The translations under genes were made by a program, and so were the position numbers. Positions 62,555-64,000 of a DNA stretch of 64,000 bases are shown here, piece by piece (within the stretch, counting starts at the first letter, position 1; each line of letters starts with the position of its first letter). The stretch is from Eledone cirrhosa (taxonomy: Eukaryota): positions 341,310,001 to 341,374,000 of the forward strand of contig OZ024742.1 of the NCBI GenBank assembly GCA_964016885.1. Direction: 5' to 3'. The notes below the pieces were generated by a model. That model worked only from the letters and a program-made list of their open reading frames with translations, had not been told where the DNA came from and ran no database searches.

Positions 62555-63205
62555 TAAAGTTAGTCCTTCATCAGTGATCTTCCAACCATCATTGGTATTT
62601 CATCGCTTTAAAGACCATATACCTCCGGGTGGTGCGAGCAACGGCTAAAAAAAGTCGTTGGGACACGTAAATAAAGGGGACACGAGTGTAAACAAACAAA
62701 GATGGTGAAGCAACGAAAAGTGAGGAAGAAGGAGACAAGTCCCAAATTTCTATGAATATAAATTCGGTGAAATCGTGAACGAGAGAGAATAAAGACCATC
62801 AAATCTGGTTGGAATGTGAGCAAGGAAGGAATTCCGTACAGGTCTAACGGGAGGAAGAAGGGATCTAGTCTGTGATTTCCGTGAACGTAAGTTCTGTGAA
62901 ATCGTAGACGAGAAGAGAAAAAAAGCGACCTGCCAGACCAAGGGTGCGAAAGAAAAGAATTACGCACAGGTCAAACGGGAAGAAGGATGAGGAGGAGAGG
63001 TAGTAACAGAGAATGACTGAGTGAAGGGTGAGGAAGAGGCTAACAGAGAGAGTGACTGCTAGAGAGGGTAAAGATACAGAGAAAGAGAAAGCAGTAAGAA
63101 CGAAATAGACGGGTCACAGCGGGGGAAAAAATATGTGTAAATATGAGAATAAACGTGCCGCGTAGTTGCTAATGGGTTACATATATATATATATATATAT
63201 ATATC

Positions 63206-63255
<50 letters not shown>

Positions 63256-63304
63256 TGTGTGTGTATATATATATCTGTCTAATTAGCTATTTATCTCACT
63301 CTCT

Positions 63305-63342
63305 CTGACAGTCTGTTTCACGCTGGTTGGCGTTCATCAGAG
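63305..63342 (-). ncRNA. Isolated minimal hammerhead motif
   Basis: ct CTGATGA ACGC CAACCA GCGT GAAAC AGACT GTC ag. Confidence 0.7.
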
Positions 63343-63368
63343 CCACGTACTCACACATATATATATAT

Positions 63369-64000
63369 ATATATATGTGAAGACAAACATAGAATATTCG
63401 AAAATATTCTGTATGTTTATAATAAACATTTTGAAGACCTAATCGCTATAGAATAGAATACGTCACGTATTACAATTTGAGATTCTCGATAAAAGCAAGG
63501 GAAGTAACCTACGCGTTTCATTCTTATTAGAAATCATCAGGATTACTGGATATGTAATCCTGATGATTTCTAATAAGAATGAAACGCGTAGGTTACTTCC
63601 CTTGCTTTTATCGAGAATCTCAAATTGTAATACGTGACGTATTCTATTCTATAGCGATTAGGTCTTCAAAATGTTTATTATAAACATACAGAATATTTTC
63701 GAATATTCTATGTTTGTCTTCACATATATATCGCTATTTCAGAGCATTAAATCCAAATTCTAATTTCTGCCGGACCGGCAACCGCTCTTTCAAACCAGTT
63801 CCTGTACACAGCTAAGTATTCTATAAGTCTCTAGCTGTGTTATTCTCGATAAAAGCACTGGATATGTAATCCTGATGATTTGTAATAAGAATGAAACGCG
63901 TAGGTTACTTCCCTTGCTTTTATCGAGAATCTCAAATTGTAATACGTGACGTATTCTATTCTATAGCGATTAGGTCTTCAAAATGTTTATTATAAACATA
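63369..64000 (+). mobile_element. Non-coding HHR mini-element (retrozyme/PLE-derived): one inverted copy plus two direct copies 312 bp apart; runs off the window
   Basis: Perfect palindrome 63369-63546 / 63554-63731; direct repeat from 63858; HHR cores at 63560 and 63872 (+) and 63540 (-). Confidence 0.85.

Overview
Eukaryotic (animal) repeat-dominated DNA with no confidently identifiable host gene. The tRNA-derived SINEs resemble octopod cephalopod SINEs as I recall them, so the taxon is an inference. The window is a mosaic of microsatellites and retroelements. It holds six Tx1/L1-clade LINE copies, one near full-length (36154-41960), all in (TCTA)n tracts with the same polarity. There is a non-autonomous LTR element with 553-bp LTRs, two large Penelope-like elements (one partial-tandem, one inverted-repeat), and many small PLE-derived pieces with hammerhead-ribozyme (HHR) motifs and fold-back palindromes in (TA)n. 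Also present are an RTE LINE with an array of short internally deleted derivatives in (TACA)n, CR1- and CRE-like fragments, MITEs and SINEs. Most notable: (1) the Tx1 ORF2 is bracketed by a splice donor overlapping the ORF1 stop and a splice acceptor overlapping the ORF2 stop, so ORF2 looks like a removable intron; (2) about 18 HHR motifs, including a 312-bp HHR-to-HHR retrozyme-like unit; (3) an array of paired ACUAAC (STAR/QKI-type) motifs in a PLE 3' UTR. All alignments and folds were done by eye.
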